The notes under the pieces were generated by a model, which did not search any database, had not been told where the DNA came from, and saw only the letters and a list, made by a program, of their open reading frames with translations. A stretch of DNA of 64,000 bases from Giardia intestinalis (lineage: Eukaryota), in assembly GCA_000002435.2 (NCBI GenBank), contig CM018793.1; one strand, 5' to 3'. The position numbers and the translations under genes are program-made. This document shows positions 1 through 10,651 of this stretch, piece after piece. Within the stretch, counting starts at the first letter, position 1. The number at the start of each line of letters is the position of its first letter.

Positions 1-1518
1 TATCTTTTCTGCAAAATAAGATTGCTATCGGCTGGAAAGCTTAGCTGCTCAAGAAGAGACCCTGCAAGCTCCTTCATGCATTGGACCACCGCCTCTGACA
101 CATAGAGTCTAGCATTGTTGTCCAAAAACGCTGATGTTTGCTGCAGAAATGCCTTCCATGCTCTGAGGATGGACACTATCTGTGGAGGAGGAAGGCCGTT
201 GTAGATGTTAAAGCTAGAAAAGTCTACTGCACCCAGAGTGTTCAACGAGTCTAGCCTAACCTTGGAAATGTTGCTATCGAGATCAGACAGAACTAGGGAG
301 CTAAATAATGGCACAAACAAACCTGATGAGATGGGCTTCTTCAATTCTGGAAACAAACTTGCAAGTCGTTCGTAGTCGGGGCTCTTTCGCAAGTCCAGTT
401 CAAACGCCACAAATGCAATTGCAGCAGTAGTGAATGCACCATTATCACTTCCAATTGTTACGACTTTGAGAAGTCTGGTCAGGGTTTTCCGCACACTGCT
501 AAGATAGGTTTCATAGATAGCGATGAGTACAGACGTATCATAGGCTGATTTAGTAGTGGCAGACAGCCCCACAGACATAGCTTCTAGTTCGTCGTACGCC
601 TGTTGAATCCAGTGTGATACAATCTCCTCTAATTTAGATAGATATGGAATAGAAGCACTGACAAGGTGCTGAAACCTTTGGATAGAGAAGGCAATCTCCT
701 TGACCCTTTCATTTATCACTTGGTCGGCGGAGGTGCTCGAAGAGAAGATCTGCCCTCGGTCCACTACTATCGCTGCAAGAGACTTGTGTCCCTGCAGCAC
801 CGTGCCGAGTGCCATGTGTGGCATTGCCTCTGTCCAGAAATCTGCGCTATCATCGATTGGCGATCCCTGTATCGGGGGTAGACGACTCAGGAGCATGCCA
901 GTATATGATGAGAACTGCTTCATGCAAGTGCCGACAGCAGGAATGGATGCATATGGTTCAATCCGTCTCTCAATAAGCTTAATAAAGGCCAGACGCTGTG
1001 TTGTAGAAGATAGATCAGCCAGGGCACGTTCCAAGTTAGATGGCAATGAGCTAACTCGCGATATATATGCTCTAGTAAGGACCAGAGTGGACGATGCAGA
1101 CATCAGAGTGTCTCTCAGATGAAGTACCTGAATTAGGCGATTACGTATCGCAGCTAAGCGGCTATCTAAATTTGCTGCTTGGCTCACTAGTCCACGTCCT
1201 CGAGTATACATGTCGCTGACTTTGGAGATATCAACTGCGGAAGGCACGGTGACATTCGTAGTCAGCGCAGTCTGAGCGGCCTGCTCCTTGATTGCCTCTA
1301 GCTTATTCTGCAATATCTCCCGCAACTGCGTAGCCGACATGTTTGCGAGCTGAGAGTCGATAAAGGCAAGTGGGGAGAAATCTTTATCAAGAAGCTTTCG
1401 ATCAAGCTCATCCAACCCGGGGAGACGCTGAATCACATCCCTAGAGAGCACAAGATCCATCCCGGCAGGAGTGTGCAAATCTGCAGGCTCGGAACTACTA
1501 CTCTTAGCGACGTCCATG
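1..1518 (-). CDS. hypothetical protein, partial (C-terminus runs off the window start)
   Basis: Open frame on the minus strand from ATG (complement of cat at 1516-1518) to the window edge. No in-frame ATG lies between this ATG and the next upstream stop (complement of tta at 1633-1635). A/T-rich stretch (ttatatttaaagaact) a few nt upstream. The + strand ORFs 666-881 and 700-1122 are antisense artefacts. No recognisable domain. Confidence 0.55.
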
Positions 1519-1823
1519 ACTCCTACGACTCAGTTCTTTAAATATAAAGCTGCGAAGCCGCAGATTCGCAGATTTGTAGTGTTTACTAGAAATAGTTTTG
1601 AGTCGAGTGGGTTGCTTGATGTAAACCACCTCTTAGGCCTACCTCGCGCTCTGAATTGGGTGCGCTCCTCGACGTTCACTGCTCATCGTTCCATTTCTCA
1701 AGACGACGCTGCGCAGCGCGGCGAGGGCTCAGACATAAGGGGCAAAACATAGAATTACTGGAGTCTGTATTAAGCAATTTACTCAGCAGGAACTACTCTT
1801 TTCCTATAAGTGTGCGGTTTGCC

Positions 1824-4349
1824 TCAGTTGGGTTTTCGCAGCCCAAGCGCAACCCCCAGTCGTAAATTAGAAAGATCCTCTGCATCTGCTGTCTTAATAG
1901 GGTCTTTTGATAAGTCTGGCCGATGATTCGCTGGCCCCACCTGGAGCCCAGTCATGCCATTGGACTGAGGCTTAAGATAGTTGATAGGAGGCGAGCAACT
2001 ACTAGACAATCGCAGCTCTGGAAGCCATGTCATGAGCATCGAACACGAAGTGTCCACGCCTCTGCTTTGCTCTATAACCGATAACTCTTTGAGGAGGGCT
2101 TCCCACATGCCAGAGAAGCGCAGCTCCAATTCTCTACAATCCTGCAGAACGTAGGTAAAGAGCCTACCGTTCCTTGCAAAGGACGCGGAAAGCTTGCAAA
2201 ACAGCGATATGATGTAACATGTTCTTAAGCAAAGACAGAGCATGTCGTTGACAAGAGCTTTTATCGAACGAGTAATAGTCCCACGGGCGTGAGCTTCCTT
2301 CAATAGCATTGCCAGATTACCAGAGGTGAACCCACCTAGCAAGCCTCCAGCACGAAGAGGCTCTAAGCATACACCATGAAAGTAAGTATTGTGACTGATA
2401 ACAAATCGAGCCATCAGGTTGAGAACTCTGGTGATGCCCGGGAAAAGAGGAGACATACAGGTTCTTCGGGGATTCGTGCTCCGCATCGCTAGGAAACTTT
2501 CTCTTTGAGCTTGCTCCTCGAGATCTTCAGCTGCTAATTCTGAACCGTCCTCATGAGGAGTGTGCATGCGATATCTTTTAAGCTCTTGCTTTCCTAACTG
2601 TTTCTCCAATCTTGCCATCATATTAAATGCACAGTTTAGTGATGTGTTGGTGAACTGCGACAACCTGCACATGTATGACAGATCTGCAACGCGTGTTTGA
2701 GAGCGTTCTCCGAGGAAGTACTCTATACGCTCCGCTGAAAAGGCTTCTTCAGTGACATGGAAATGTACTGCACCGAAGGCTAAAAGCATAAGAGAGTCCG
2801 AAGGCTCAAGCAAAACATAATCTCCTCGAAGCAACTCGTTATTCTGAGCAGCAAGCGTGACCCGTTTATGGATCCTCCTAAACTTTTTTCTAAAGAAGTG
2901 CTCAAGTAGAACAGGGCTAAAGGAGCTACCACTTTCAGAGCAATGCTTAGACAAACCTCGATGCATAATAGTGTGCATATGAGATATAAACTCCAAGGGA
3001 ACCCGTATCTTAAACCATGACTCAGTGAGCAAATTGTCGCCTATGGCGCCGTGAAGTTGGCCTCCTTTGGAGAGTGTGTTAGTTAGTGCTGAATGGGATG
3101 ATAGCTCAATTGTCTCCATGGTGTACTCCGCCAACCGTGTAGTAGCGTGAATAAAGTTACTGGTGGCCTCAGACTGAAGGAAAAGAAGGCTCAATCGCGA
3201 ACATATTCGCTCCCTTTCGGCAGCAAGTGAGTCACTGAGCCGTCTGTTAATAACCACAAGGAGATTGCGTACGCGTTCAACGTCTGCTAAGGGCCACACA
3301 GAGTCTTTGAAAAGCGTCGGAAGCACTTCGTTTTGAAAAGTGGTTATTGTGCTCGACACCTCGTAGAGCAGAGGTAATAACTCTGATGGCTCCAGATGAT
3401 CTGGAGCATTCCAGGAGGCAAAGATACCTGTCATACCTGTCACCTCTTCTGCACTAAAGGAGGATACAGGGTCTGAACCTGTCTCAGGAGTAAGTCCATC
3501 GTTGAGCGAGTCCTCTTCTAGGTGCACAGAACTACTAACGCTCTCCTCAGACAGACTTGTGTTGTCAGAATGGAGGGACATTTGTTTGTGCGGCCGGTGA
3601 TATCTACGTCTTAGAAGCATAGACAGCAAGTCCGTGTAGCAAAGAAGCGGTATGTTAATGTTAACAAGAAAGGCAGGCAGTGAAGACTTAGAGACCGAGA
3701 CTAAATCTGTTGTTGCTGTCGCAGATGTTTCAAGAAGGCAATTCCCAATCAGTACACTGTCAGTAGGAGGAGTAAGATACCCTCCATACGAAAGCTCGCT
3801 TAGCATGCTACCGACAAACACCTGCCTGCATCTCATGACCAGCCTGGCTAAAAACACAGAGGACTCAGACAAAGAAATGCAACGTTGAAGTGCATCTAAC
3901 AAGGCAGCTGATTGACTGATTTGTCTATTTGCGGGGCTAGATCTCACCCAATCCAACTCTTTAAACACTGGCTCCAGTTTCAGAATATCAGAGCTTGCTA
4001 AAGTAACAATCGCTCGGAGAAGCACTGCTATAGACAAGTCGCTGTGTGGGGAAGAAGAATTTAACGACCGAGCAGGTGACCAACAGATCGAGGCGAGAAC
4101 CGACCGCAGTCTATTCAATTCATCGAGAATAGTGTCAATAAAAGCCAGAACAGTGGGTCCGAAGGGTATCGGTATCAAAAAACGGGACTTGTACGCCACG
4201 TAAGCTCCTGCTAGACGGGCTGCGTCTGCTGCTTGTATGGCCTGCTCGATATCTGCCATTATGGCGACAGAAGCTTCATATCTTCGTAATAGTGCACTGT
4301 GCTTTGCGATGTCGATAGAAAGCCCTAGCACAGAATAGAAGCCTTCCAT
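1824..4349 (-). CDS. hypothetical protein (841 aa)
   Basis: The track ORF begins at a TTG (4386-4388). The first ATG is 4349-4347 (protein starts MEGFYSVLGL...), preceded by tttaaaatttcttaatgca, an A/T-rich Giardia-type initiator. Stop TGA at 1826-1824. An AGTAAAT poly(A)-signal match lies about 45 nt downstream on the minus strand (complement of 1777-1783). Confidence 0.6.
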   Translation of the reverse strand: MEGFYSVLGLSIDIAKHSALLRRYEASVAIMADIEQAIQAADAARLAGAYVAYKSRFLIPIPFGPTVLAFIDTILDELNRLRSVLASICWSPARSLNSSSPHSDLSIAVLLRAIVTLASSDILKLEPVFKELDWVRSSPANRQISQSAALLDALQRCISLSESSVFLARLVMRCRQVFVGSMLSELSYGGYLTPPTDSVLIGNCLLETSATATTDLVSVSKSSLPAFLVNINIPLLCYTDLLSMLLRRRYHRPHKQMSLHSDNTSLSEESVSSSVHLEEDSLNDGLTPETGSDPVSSFSAEEVTGMTGIFASWNAPDHLEPSELLPLLYEVSSTITTFQNEVLPTLFKDSVWPLADVERVRNLLVVINRRLSDSLAAERERICSRLSLLFLQSEATSNFIHATTRLAEYTMETIELSSHSALTNTLSKGGQLHGAIGDNLLTESWFKIRVPLEFISHMHTIMHRGLSKHCSESGSSFSPVLLEHFFRKKFRRIHKRVTLAAQNNELLRGDYVLLEPSDSLMLLAFGAVHFHVTEEAFSAERIEYFLGERSQTRVADLSYMCRLSQFTNTSLNCAFNMMARLEKQLGKQELKRYRMHTPHEDGSELAAEDLEEQAQRESFLAMRSTNPRRTCMSPLFPGITRVLNLMARFVISHNTYFHGVCLEPLRAGGLLGGFTSGNLAMLLKEAHARGTITRSIKALVNDMLCLCLRTCYIISLFCKLSASFARNGRLFTYVLQDCRELELRFSGMWEALLKELSVIEQSRGVDTSCSMLMTWLPELRLSSSCSPPINYLKPQSNGMTGLQVGPANHRPDLSKDPIKTADAEDLSNLRLGVALGLRKPN

Positions 4350-4783
4350 TGCATTAAGAAATTTTAAAGCCAGTGATCTTTGCTTCAACAGAGATCTTCA
4401 GCAGATTTGAGCTCAGCCATACAATTCTTCAACTCTCCATATGAATACCGATGACAGTACTGGTCGATAGGGAGGTGTAATGACAACTAGCAACCTATCG
4501 AACGTCACTTGTGTCCTCCTTCCTGGCAAGTCCAAAGCTTAGTCATATGCAATTACGCTAACCAGAACAGAACCTTTGTGGTCTTAAACAGAGCAGTCCA
4601 TGCTCAACACAGGAAAAGCTGTTAACGGCTTGCCGTATCTTACAAAAAGCTCTGCGGAAAAGCCCTGCACTTACTGATTCTCACGGGAAAACCAATCATA
4701 ATCTTTCTCCTGCATCGATAAAGTTTCACAAAAACATCTTAGCTTGATATAATTTACACCTATATTTTTCAATCAGCAGCACA

Positions 4784-5968
4784 TCATCGTTTAAGTTTGG
4801 GAAGAATAAGTACTTCACTGGCAAGAGCCTGCCTAGGAATTGAGGGCTCTGCTTTCCCATAATACTTTACGTGTCCGGCTAAGCAGGGAAGATTGATTAG
4901 TGCTTGCTGTGCAACCCTTTGCCGTAGTTGAGAGAGATAGTCGATATGGTTCCCAGGAACTTGTGCGGGCGGGACGGTTTTTATATGCCCGCAATAACGA
5001 ACCCTCTGCTGCAAAATCTTCAGCACAGGAGGCAGGTTTAGAATGTTCGATTCTTTGTCCTTAGGACGAGCACACTTAGAATTCAGCAGGCTTGAAGTGA
5101 CAGGATTGCGTGCCATGCCTGGAGGTAACTTTTTCCGCAAGGCTTTAGATATGACAGGAAGACAGCACGCTGGAGCTTGTAAGGAGGTCTCAGGCTGTGC
5201 TAATAAATTATCATATGATAAAGAAAAATCATGCGAATGCCGTACTGTATGCTCCAATTCTGATACATGCAGAGAACCTATGTCAGTTCCGGTTAAATCT
5301 ACCGAGGTAGGAATGATCCGCGGAGCGTTGTGAGATACAGATGGGTTCGAATGAATGGAAATGTTAGGCAGTGACACATCACCTGAAGACATAGAAGGCT
5401 CTTGAGGCGGAGAGAAAACAGAAGAGTGCACGCTATCTAAATCCTTGAGTTGAAGGTACTTCATTTGAAGAAACGGGGAGGGTATGTTATCGTCTGATGT
5501 GTTCTTATCTGCGCTGGACTTCGGATCATATTGGATGACGGATCCTGTCACAGAGAGTATGCCAATGGAATCGTTACTGCATTCCGATGCCCAGATATTT
5601 TCACCGTCTAAAGACGATCCTAATATGCTGACATTTCCTGTGTTGAGAAATCCGTCTGAAAAGTCTGTATAATTTTGGTTGCGGTCATTGTCCCACGACA
5701 CACCCTGGTTTAAACTTTCATCTATGCACGTTTCTACTTCCCCAACTGGATTCATATTATCATTATTTATATTGAAGGGGGTCTGATGGGAGTTCAAAAG
5801 CTTTCCTGTTTGCGGTAAAATGGGATCCTTTTGAACGTAAGCTGGTCTGTACCCTCCGTTCAGCCGCTCTAGCTGCCGCATAGCCATCTGTGTGCAGTGG
5901 TATTCGTGCTTAGGGGGGAGAAACCGGTCTGGGTGGGCGACTCCTTCGAGAAGGAACGATGGTTCCAT
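4784..5968 (-). CDS. hypothetical protein (394 aa), Ser/Asn-rich low complexity
   Basis: ATG at 5968-5966, preceded by aatcataaaa. Only 27 nt separate it from the stop of the upstream gene at 5996. Confidence 0.55.
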   Translation of the reverse strand: MEPSFLLEGVAHPDRFLPPKHEYHCTQMAMRQLERLNGGYRPAYVQKDPILPQTGKLLNSHQTPFNINNDNMNPVGEVETCIDESLNQGVSWDNDRNQNYTDFSDGFLNTGNVSILGSSLDGENIWASECSNDSIGILSVTGSVIQYDPKSSADKNTSDDNIPSPFLQMKYLQLKDLDSVHSSVFSPPQEPSMSSGDVSLPNISIHSNPSVSHNAPRIIPTSVDLTGTDIGSLHVSELEHTVRHSHDFSLSYDNLLAQPETSLQAPACCLPVISKALRKKLPPGMARNPVTSSLLNSKCARPKDKESNILNLPPVLKILQQRVRYCGHIKTVPPAQVPGNHIDYLSQLRQRVAQQALINLPCLAGHVKYYGKAEPSIPRQALASEVLILPKLKR

Positions 5969-5995
5969 TTTTATGATTCAAGGATTGAACATACT

Positions 5996-8242
5996 TTACT
6001 TTATCAGGGCTGTGTTGGTCTCGGCTGGCTGCGTACCAAAGCCAGGGTCAGCCGTTGCATCGCGCACAATATTGATTGCCAAACCGACGGATTCCTGGTC
6101 CTGCTTCAGCCTTGAAATAAGGACGCGCCTATCTATTTCCGGTAGCAGAAAACTAGCCATGAGATCCCGTATGCACTTCTCAGGGTTCTTCATATACTGC
6201 TTACTGTTTTCGTAGTCTAAAGCAACAAGTGCCTCTACTTGGCGGATGGCCAGCTCCTTTGACCTAACTGCCGCATCAGCATCTATTGCTCGTCGACTGA
6301 TCCTCGTGAGAAGGCCATCAGCAATATCTCTGTGGGCCTCCATTATTTGCATCTGTGCAAAGTTACTCTTTGTGCGCTCAAAGTTGACGTTTTCTCGCCG
6401 AATAGACTCCTCTTTCTCGCGGCGATAGCGCTCACGAGTGGCCACCTCGAGGATAGCTCGCGCTCTGTTTATTTGTTCCTTTCGAGTTCTTTCTTTCGCC
6501 AGGGCGTCTAGGGTTGTCCCTATGATGCCTGTCACCGCTGACGAAATTGATCCTGTTGCCAGCGCAGACTTTAGAGCCGTGATGCGGTCTTGCGTAGCGT
6601 CTGATAGAAGCTCATCTTCATTGCGGGCCGCTACTAGCTCGTGTGCAAGACGAAGCTCGCGGACAAGCCCGAGCCTCCTTTCTTTGCCATTATAAAGCCG
6701 TACCTGAGCGGCTGCACCTCGAATAAGGTTCTGAATGAAAAGAGCTGCATCCGCTAGGCGGATATTATCTATAGTTGGTGGATCCTGGAAGTGCAGAGCC
6801 TGAGTTTGCTTTCCAATATCGCGAGCGGCCTGTTGGGCAGTATCACCTTCCTGTGGCTGTGCAGAGGACGCGGGACCACTGGTTGACATAGCTGCAGTTG
6901 CCGCATTTGATTCTGCTGCTTGATGAGCCTCGGCTCCGTCATCTCCTGGCTGGCCCTGACCTTCCTTGATATCCTCTTTGGTACCTCCCCTGCCCATAAG
7001 ATATTGACCCACTTCAACACCGGTTCGTGCAAAGCGACGCTGTGTATGGTTAAGGTACATCTCAAATTCACCCTTAGTCATTCCAGGAGGTGGAAGAAGC
7101 TGTGGGATGGGGTCGTCGGATGTCACAGCCCGAGATTTCTTGGCTCCACGCTGCCTACGGGTGTAGCCCTCTCCGTTATATAACCTGGCCGATTGGGCAG
7201 ACCGAGTATGGTTCAGGGGTGCACCCAGGATCAATCTGTTCTCCTCCGGCATAAATTGGAGTATCTCATCAAAGCTTTCTTGAGTACGTAAGTCTGTCCC
7301 AGCTAACTTGATAACTCCTGTGTATCGATACGGGGCTTCCCCTGGCTTTAGAAACGGAGCATTAAGAATGTTAGCAGAGTGTATGGTTCCGTTGACAACT
7401 GTAGACGTCGAAATAGTTTCAGGCAAAGCTAAGCGTGGGCCTCTTTTAGCCGTATCTATAACAGACCGATTGCTAAAATTATGGGACTCCATGCGCCGGA
7501 CCATGCGCTGAATAGTCGCATCCCTGCTATGTGCCTGCTTCTTTAGAGTCATCAATCTTTGTGAACTTAATTTATCAAGTTGTGCAGACGCCTTCATCTC
7601 GTGCGTAGTTCTCATTCTCTCTAGTTTGTGGATCCTGATCTCTGTGCGCGCTTCTTCGCGCTCCATCAATTTCTGAATGAGGAGCTCGAGTCTCAGGTCC
7701 TGTACCTTTTTCATCTCTGCCTCTTTGCGCTTCCACTCAGCCAGATCACGCTCGACAAGCATGGATATCCGCTTCTGCTCGTTCTGCAACTCCTCATATG
7801 TATATGTGGCACGTGTTGGGTCTAAGGGCGCTGGAATGGCTGCATCAAAGTCCTGTAGACGCTTGATCCGCTCTATAACCTTCATGGTTTCTTCATGTGC
7901 AGGAAGTAGTCCATTTGCAACCGTGAGCTCCAGCAGGCTCTTCACCTCTTGATTTGATGTCCCGCACGCGTCTTCTTCGAGAGGAGCTGTCCAAGGATCT
8001 GTTTGTATCTCGATTTCACGGAAATCAGTTTGAATGGCAACAGAGATGCCAATAACCTCTGCCCTTTGCTTTACTGTGCGGTGTACATCTGGGGGAGCAC
8101 GTGGCAAATCGGTGCCTGTAAATGCAATCCCCCTGGACGAGACCTGCTCAACACGCGGTATCATTGGGCGACGATAATAGGCGTTACTACTGACCGTCTG
8201 GACTTGGGTTATTGGGCCAGATTCATCTTGAAATGACCACAT
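5996..8242 (-). CDS. coiled-coil protein with an IQ-like motif (FIQNLIRG); possibly cytoskeletal or axonemal
   Basis: 748 aa. ATG at 8242-8240 behind aaaaactaaatttagagagtta. Long Glu/Arg/Lys-rich heptad regions (KRKEAEMKKVQDLRLELLIQKLMEREEARTEIRIHKLERMR). An IQ-like segment ALFIQNLIRGAAAQVRLY. The family assignment is inference only. Confidence 0.6.
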   Translation of the reverse strand: MWSFQDESGPITQVQTVSSNAYYRRPMIPRVEQVSSRGIAFTGTDLPRAPPDVHRTVKQRAEVIGISVAIQTDFREIEIQTDPWTAPLEEDACGTSNQEVKSLLELTVANGLLPAHEETMKVIERIKRLQDFDAAIPAPLDPTRATYTYEELQNEQKRISMLVERDLAEWKRKEAEMKKVQDLRLELLIQKLMEREEARTEIRIHKLERMRTTHEMKASAQLDKLSSQRLMTLKKQAHSRDATIQRMVRRMESHNFSNRSVIDTAKRGPRLALPETISTSTVVNGTIHSANILNAPFLKPGEAPYRYTGVIKLAGTDLRTQESFDEILQFMPEENRLILGAPLNHTRSAQSARLYNGEGYTRRQRGAKKSRAVTSDDPIPQLLPPPGMTKGEFEMYLNHTQRRFARTGVEVGQYLMGRGGTKEDIKEGQGQPGDDGAEAHQAAESNAATAAMSTSGPASSAQPQEGDTAQQAARDIGKQTQALHFQDPPTIDNIRLADAALFIQNLIRGAAAQVRLYNGKERRLGLVRELRLAHELVAARNEDELLSDATQDRITALKSALATGSISSAVTGIIGTTLDALAKERTRKEQINRARAILEVATRERYRREKEESIRRENVNFERTKSNFAQMQIMEAHRDIADGLLTRISRRAIDADAAVRSKELAIRQVEALVALDYENSKQYMKNPEKCIRDLMASFLLPEIDRRVLISRLKQDQESVGLAINIVRDATADPGFGTQPAETNTALIK

Positions 8243-8406
8243 TAACTCTCTAAATTTAGTTTTTGCTTACCGCTTTGTACTTGTTTTGCTGTGACCATTT
8301 ACCAGGTTGAATAATGCTGTAGTGACCCTAGTTGTCTTTGCATAATTCTGAAAAAAGGAGACTCTGAATACTCAAAGGCCAAGTACACGTGTCTTCACGA
8401 ACAAAA

Positions 8407-10506
8407 ATGAGAGGACTTCAGTTCCTCGAAAGGACCCCTGTGTTTGCTCTAAATGAGCTGCAGGTGGCTCCGTGGCCAGTGCAGCTCCAGGTTGATGGAA
8501 TAAAAAGCCACACATACCTCCCCGCTGGAGGAGTTGTCAAGGCGGTGCCCACACTGGTGACTGAACAGGTCTGTGAGGGGTCGTTCTTTTCTAATATCGA
8601 CAAGAATCTCTTTAGAATGTATAGTACTATCAAAGCTACCCTTGCTGGCCACTCTTCTGAGCGCCTGTTCAAGGCCGCGCTTCAGTCTGCCAACCCATAC
8701 GCAGAGCTCTTTGGGACGATTTTGCGGAACAAGGAGTTGTCAACATTTCGTTTTCTTGAGCTCGGACTAAGCTGCCAACTGTTTGCACACCTGGATCGAG
8801 CCATGCGGAGCCTTCTAACACCTTCTGAAGCCGGGCAGTATATGTGGAACTTTGTAGCCATCTCGCCACATCTATACATGGATGGCATTCGTACATACCT
8901 CGAGACACGCATCCCAGATGTCCCATTGAGTCAAGTCCGAAGTAAGATTCCCTTGAACTACATCTGCATTCACTCTAGAAAGGAGTCGCCGCGGTGTACA
9001 TATTCTAAGATTCCTTTCAAGGCCATTCAGGGCCCGTCTATTGACGATTTTTCACAGGTTGAAAAGCTGCGGGGCATGATTGTCTCCTCTACCCACAGTC
9101 AAGGTGCACACTTTCTTCTACTTGAGTATGACCCGACAATACCGGGTACCGAGCTATACTCAAACTATATTCAATACTCCCAGCTCCCCTACTTCATAGT
9201 ATCCGTCTTGCTCGCTATCTCACCAAGCACAGTCAAATTTGGCGGCTCCTGTGTCTTCAAGGCAACAGACCTCTGGTCACCTATACACGCAGAGCTGCTT
9301 CACCTTTGTGAGGCCTGCTATGAGTATGTCGCAGTCTGTAAAACTGCTACGATGAGGATATTAGACACAGAGCGGTGGGTCGTGCTGAAAGGACGCAACA
9401 GAAACATGTATGATATCGACTATCCTAGTTTTATTAGCTCGATAGAGAAGATCATCAACGTCACATACCCAAAGACACCAAAGGAGCCATTCACATTTTG
9501 CAGCTCTATACTGGGCCCCTTTCTTCAGCGCTCCACGCACCCTATAGACATCTTTAACAATACAGAAAGCTCTACAAGTCTCGCACAGTATATTTTCTAC
9601 AACAACAACTCCGTATTAACTCTCCAAACAAGCCTCTACATCCAAGCCTTACTTCTCCACGGCATAAATAGGAAAAGCTACACTGGACTCATCCAGTTTA
9701 TCAAGGAGTATGCATCGGTCTTAACTTTTAGTGGCGTGCCAGCACCTGCTGAGCCATCCAGACAGAAAGAGGTGGAAGCGCCTGTTCAGTCAGGTGAAGC
9801 TGAAGTTGTCCGTAAAGAAGAAAAGGCAACTCTTGATCCATCATCCCACGAGCAGTCTTGTTCATCAAATGATAGCTCTGGTATGATGGCCTTTAGTGAA
9901 GGTAGTGACCCAGATAACAATTCACTAGACACACATAAGGCACGAATAAGCAATGATATCCTAGTTCCGCCCTTAACGACTGAATATGCCGATGAAGGCA
10001 ACGCTAGCACAGTTAGCGCGGAAGCTCTAGCCATGTGCGAACGGCTGAATCAACACATAGGGAAGCACTACACAGAAGTGGACATAGACGCTCTAGAGAG
10101 TTATTTGATGACGCACTACTCTGTGCGCCCAAGGCAAGTCATTCCCTACCAGTACTACAGAGATAGAATGTTTGGATACTTCCGTGAGATTTTCACAATG
10201 AAGCCTGATACACGCAGTATAGAATACATCATCGGAAAAGATTCAGATCACCCCGGTAGTGGCATAAACTGGAGCAAGGCTGAGCTGCTTTACTCCAGTA
10301 CTGCACAGCTCGTGGAGCGCGAACAAGAGATGCGAAAGGCAGAAGCGGAAGCAAAAGCTCGCGAATCCATGCGGAAAAAGGACGGAGGTGCAGAAATAGT
10401 CAAGATAGGAGGCCTTGCTACTATTAATGATGCAAAGGAACCGGCACCTAGTTCAGCCAAGGAGCCTGAAAGAAAGCAGAAAACAAAAAAGATCAATAGT
10501 AAGTAA
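8407..10506 (+). CDS. FtsJ/CMTR1-like cap-specific nucleoside 2'-O-methyltransferase domain protein
   Basis: The track start at 8389 is a GTG. The first ATG is 8407 (acaaaaATG). The segments KFGGSCVFKATDLWSP and LLHLCEACYEYVAVCKTATMRILDTERWVVLKG align with CMTR1's [14 protein letters not shown] ... [30 protein letters not shown] block, which carries the catalytic Lys of the K-D-K-E tetrad. The stop TAA overlaps an AGTAAAT poly(A) signal at 10502-10508. Confidence 0.45.
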   Translation: MRGLQFLERTPVFALNELQVAPWPVQLQVDGIKSHTYLPAGGVVKAVPTLVTEQVCEGSFFSNIDKNLFRMYSTIKATLAGHSSERLFKAALQSANPYAELFGTILRNKELSTFRFLELGLSCQLFAHLDRAMRSLLTPSEAGQYMWNFVAISPHLYMDGIRTYLETRIPDVPLSQVRSKIPLNYICIHSRKESPRCTYSKIPFKAIQGPSIDDFSQVEKLRGMIVSSTHSQGAHFLLLEYDPTIPGTELYSNYIQYSQLPYFIVSVLLAISPSTVKFGGSCVFKATDLWSPIHAELLHLCEACYEYVAVCKTATMRILDTERWVVLKGRNRNMYDIDYPSFISSIEKIINVTYPKTPKEPFTFCSSILGPFLQRSTHPIDIFNNTESSTSLAQYIFYNNNSVLTLQTSLYIQALLLHGINRKSYTGLIQFIKEYASVLTFSGVPAPAEPSRQKEVEAPVQSGEAEVVRKEEKATLDPSSHEQSCSSNDSSGMMAFSEGSDPDNNSLDTHKARISNDILVPPLTTEYADEGNASTVSAEALAMCERLNQHIGKHYTEVDIDALESYLMTHYSVRPRQVIPYQYYRDRMFGYFREIFTMKPDTRSIEYIIGKDSDHPGSGINWSKAELLYSSTAQLVEREQEMRKAEAEAKARESMRKKDGGAEIVKIGGLATINDAKEPAPSSAKEPERKQKTKKINSK

Positions 10507-10508
10507 AT
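10502..10508 (+). terminator. AGTAAAT (AGTRAAY-class Giardia poly(A) signal) overlapping the stop codon of the 8407..10506 gene
   Basis: Sequence aAGTAAATac with TAA at 10504-10506. The Giardia poly(A) signal consensus AGTRAAY normally lies within about 10 nt of the stop. Confidence 0.5.
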
Positions 10509-10651
10509 ACTATTTGTACTTATATGTGGATTACTACGATAACGCTCAAACCTTTAAATCAGATGTGTGCATAGTGTAGTGGCTTTAACTTGCAAAATAA
10601 AATTCCACAGAAATTTGAAACAAATCGGGAGTTGAGCTACTTGGCATCCTC

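Noticed and set aside
666-1122. Plus-strand ORFs of 71 and 140 aa (666-881 and 700-1122).
   Set aside because: They lie wholly antisense to a continuous minus-strand frame of over 500 codons (1-1518). Their composition is not protein-like.
5344-5352. GGTTCGAAT, a perfect tRNA T-loop 9-mer.
   Set aside because: It lies inside the coding frame of the 4784-5968 gene. The upstream 70 nt have no D-arm or acceptor-stem complementarity. No other tRNA-like element was found in any spacer.
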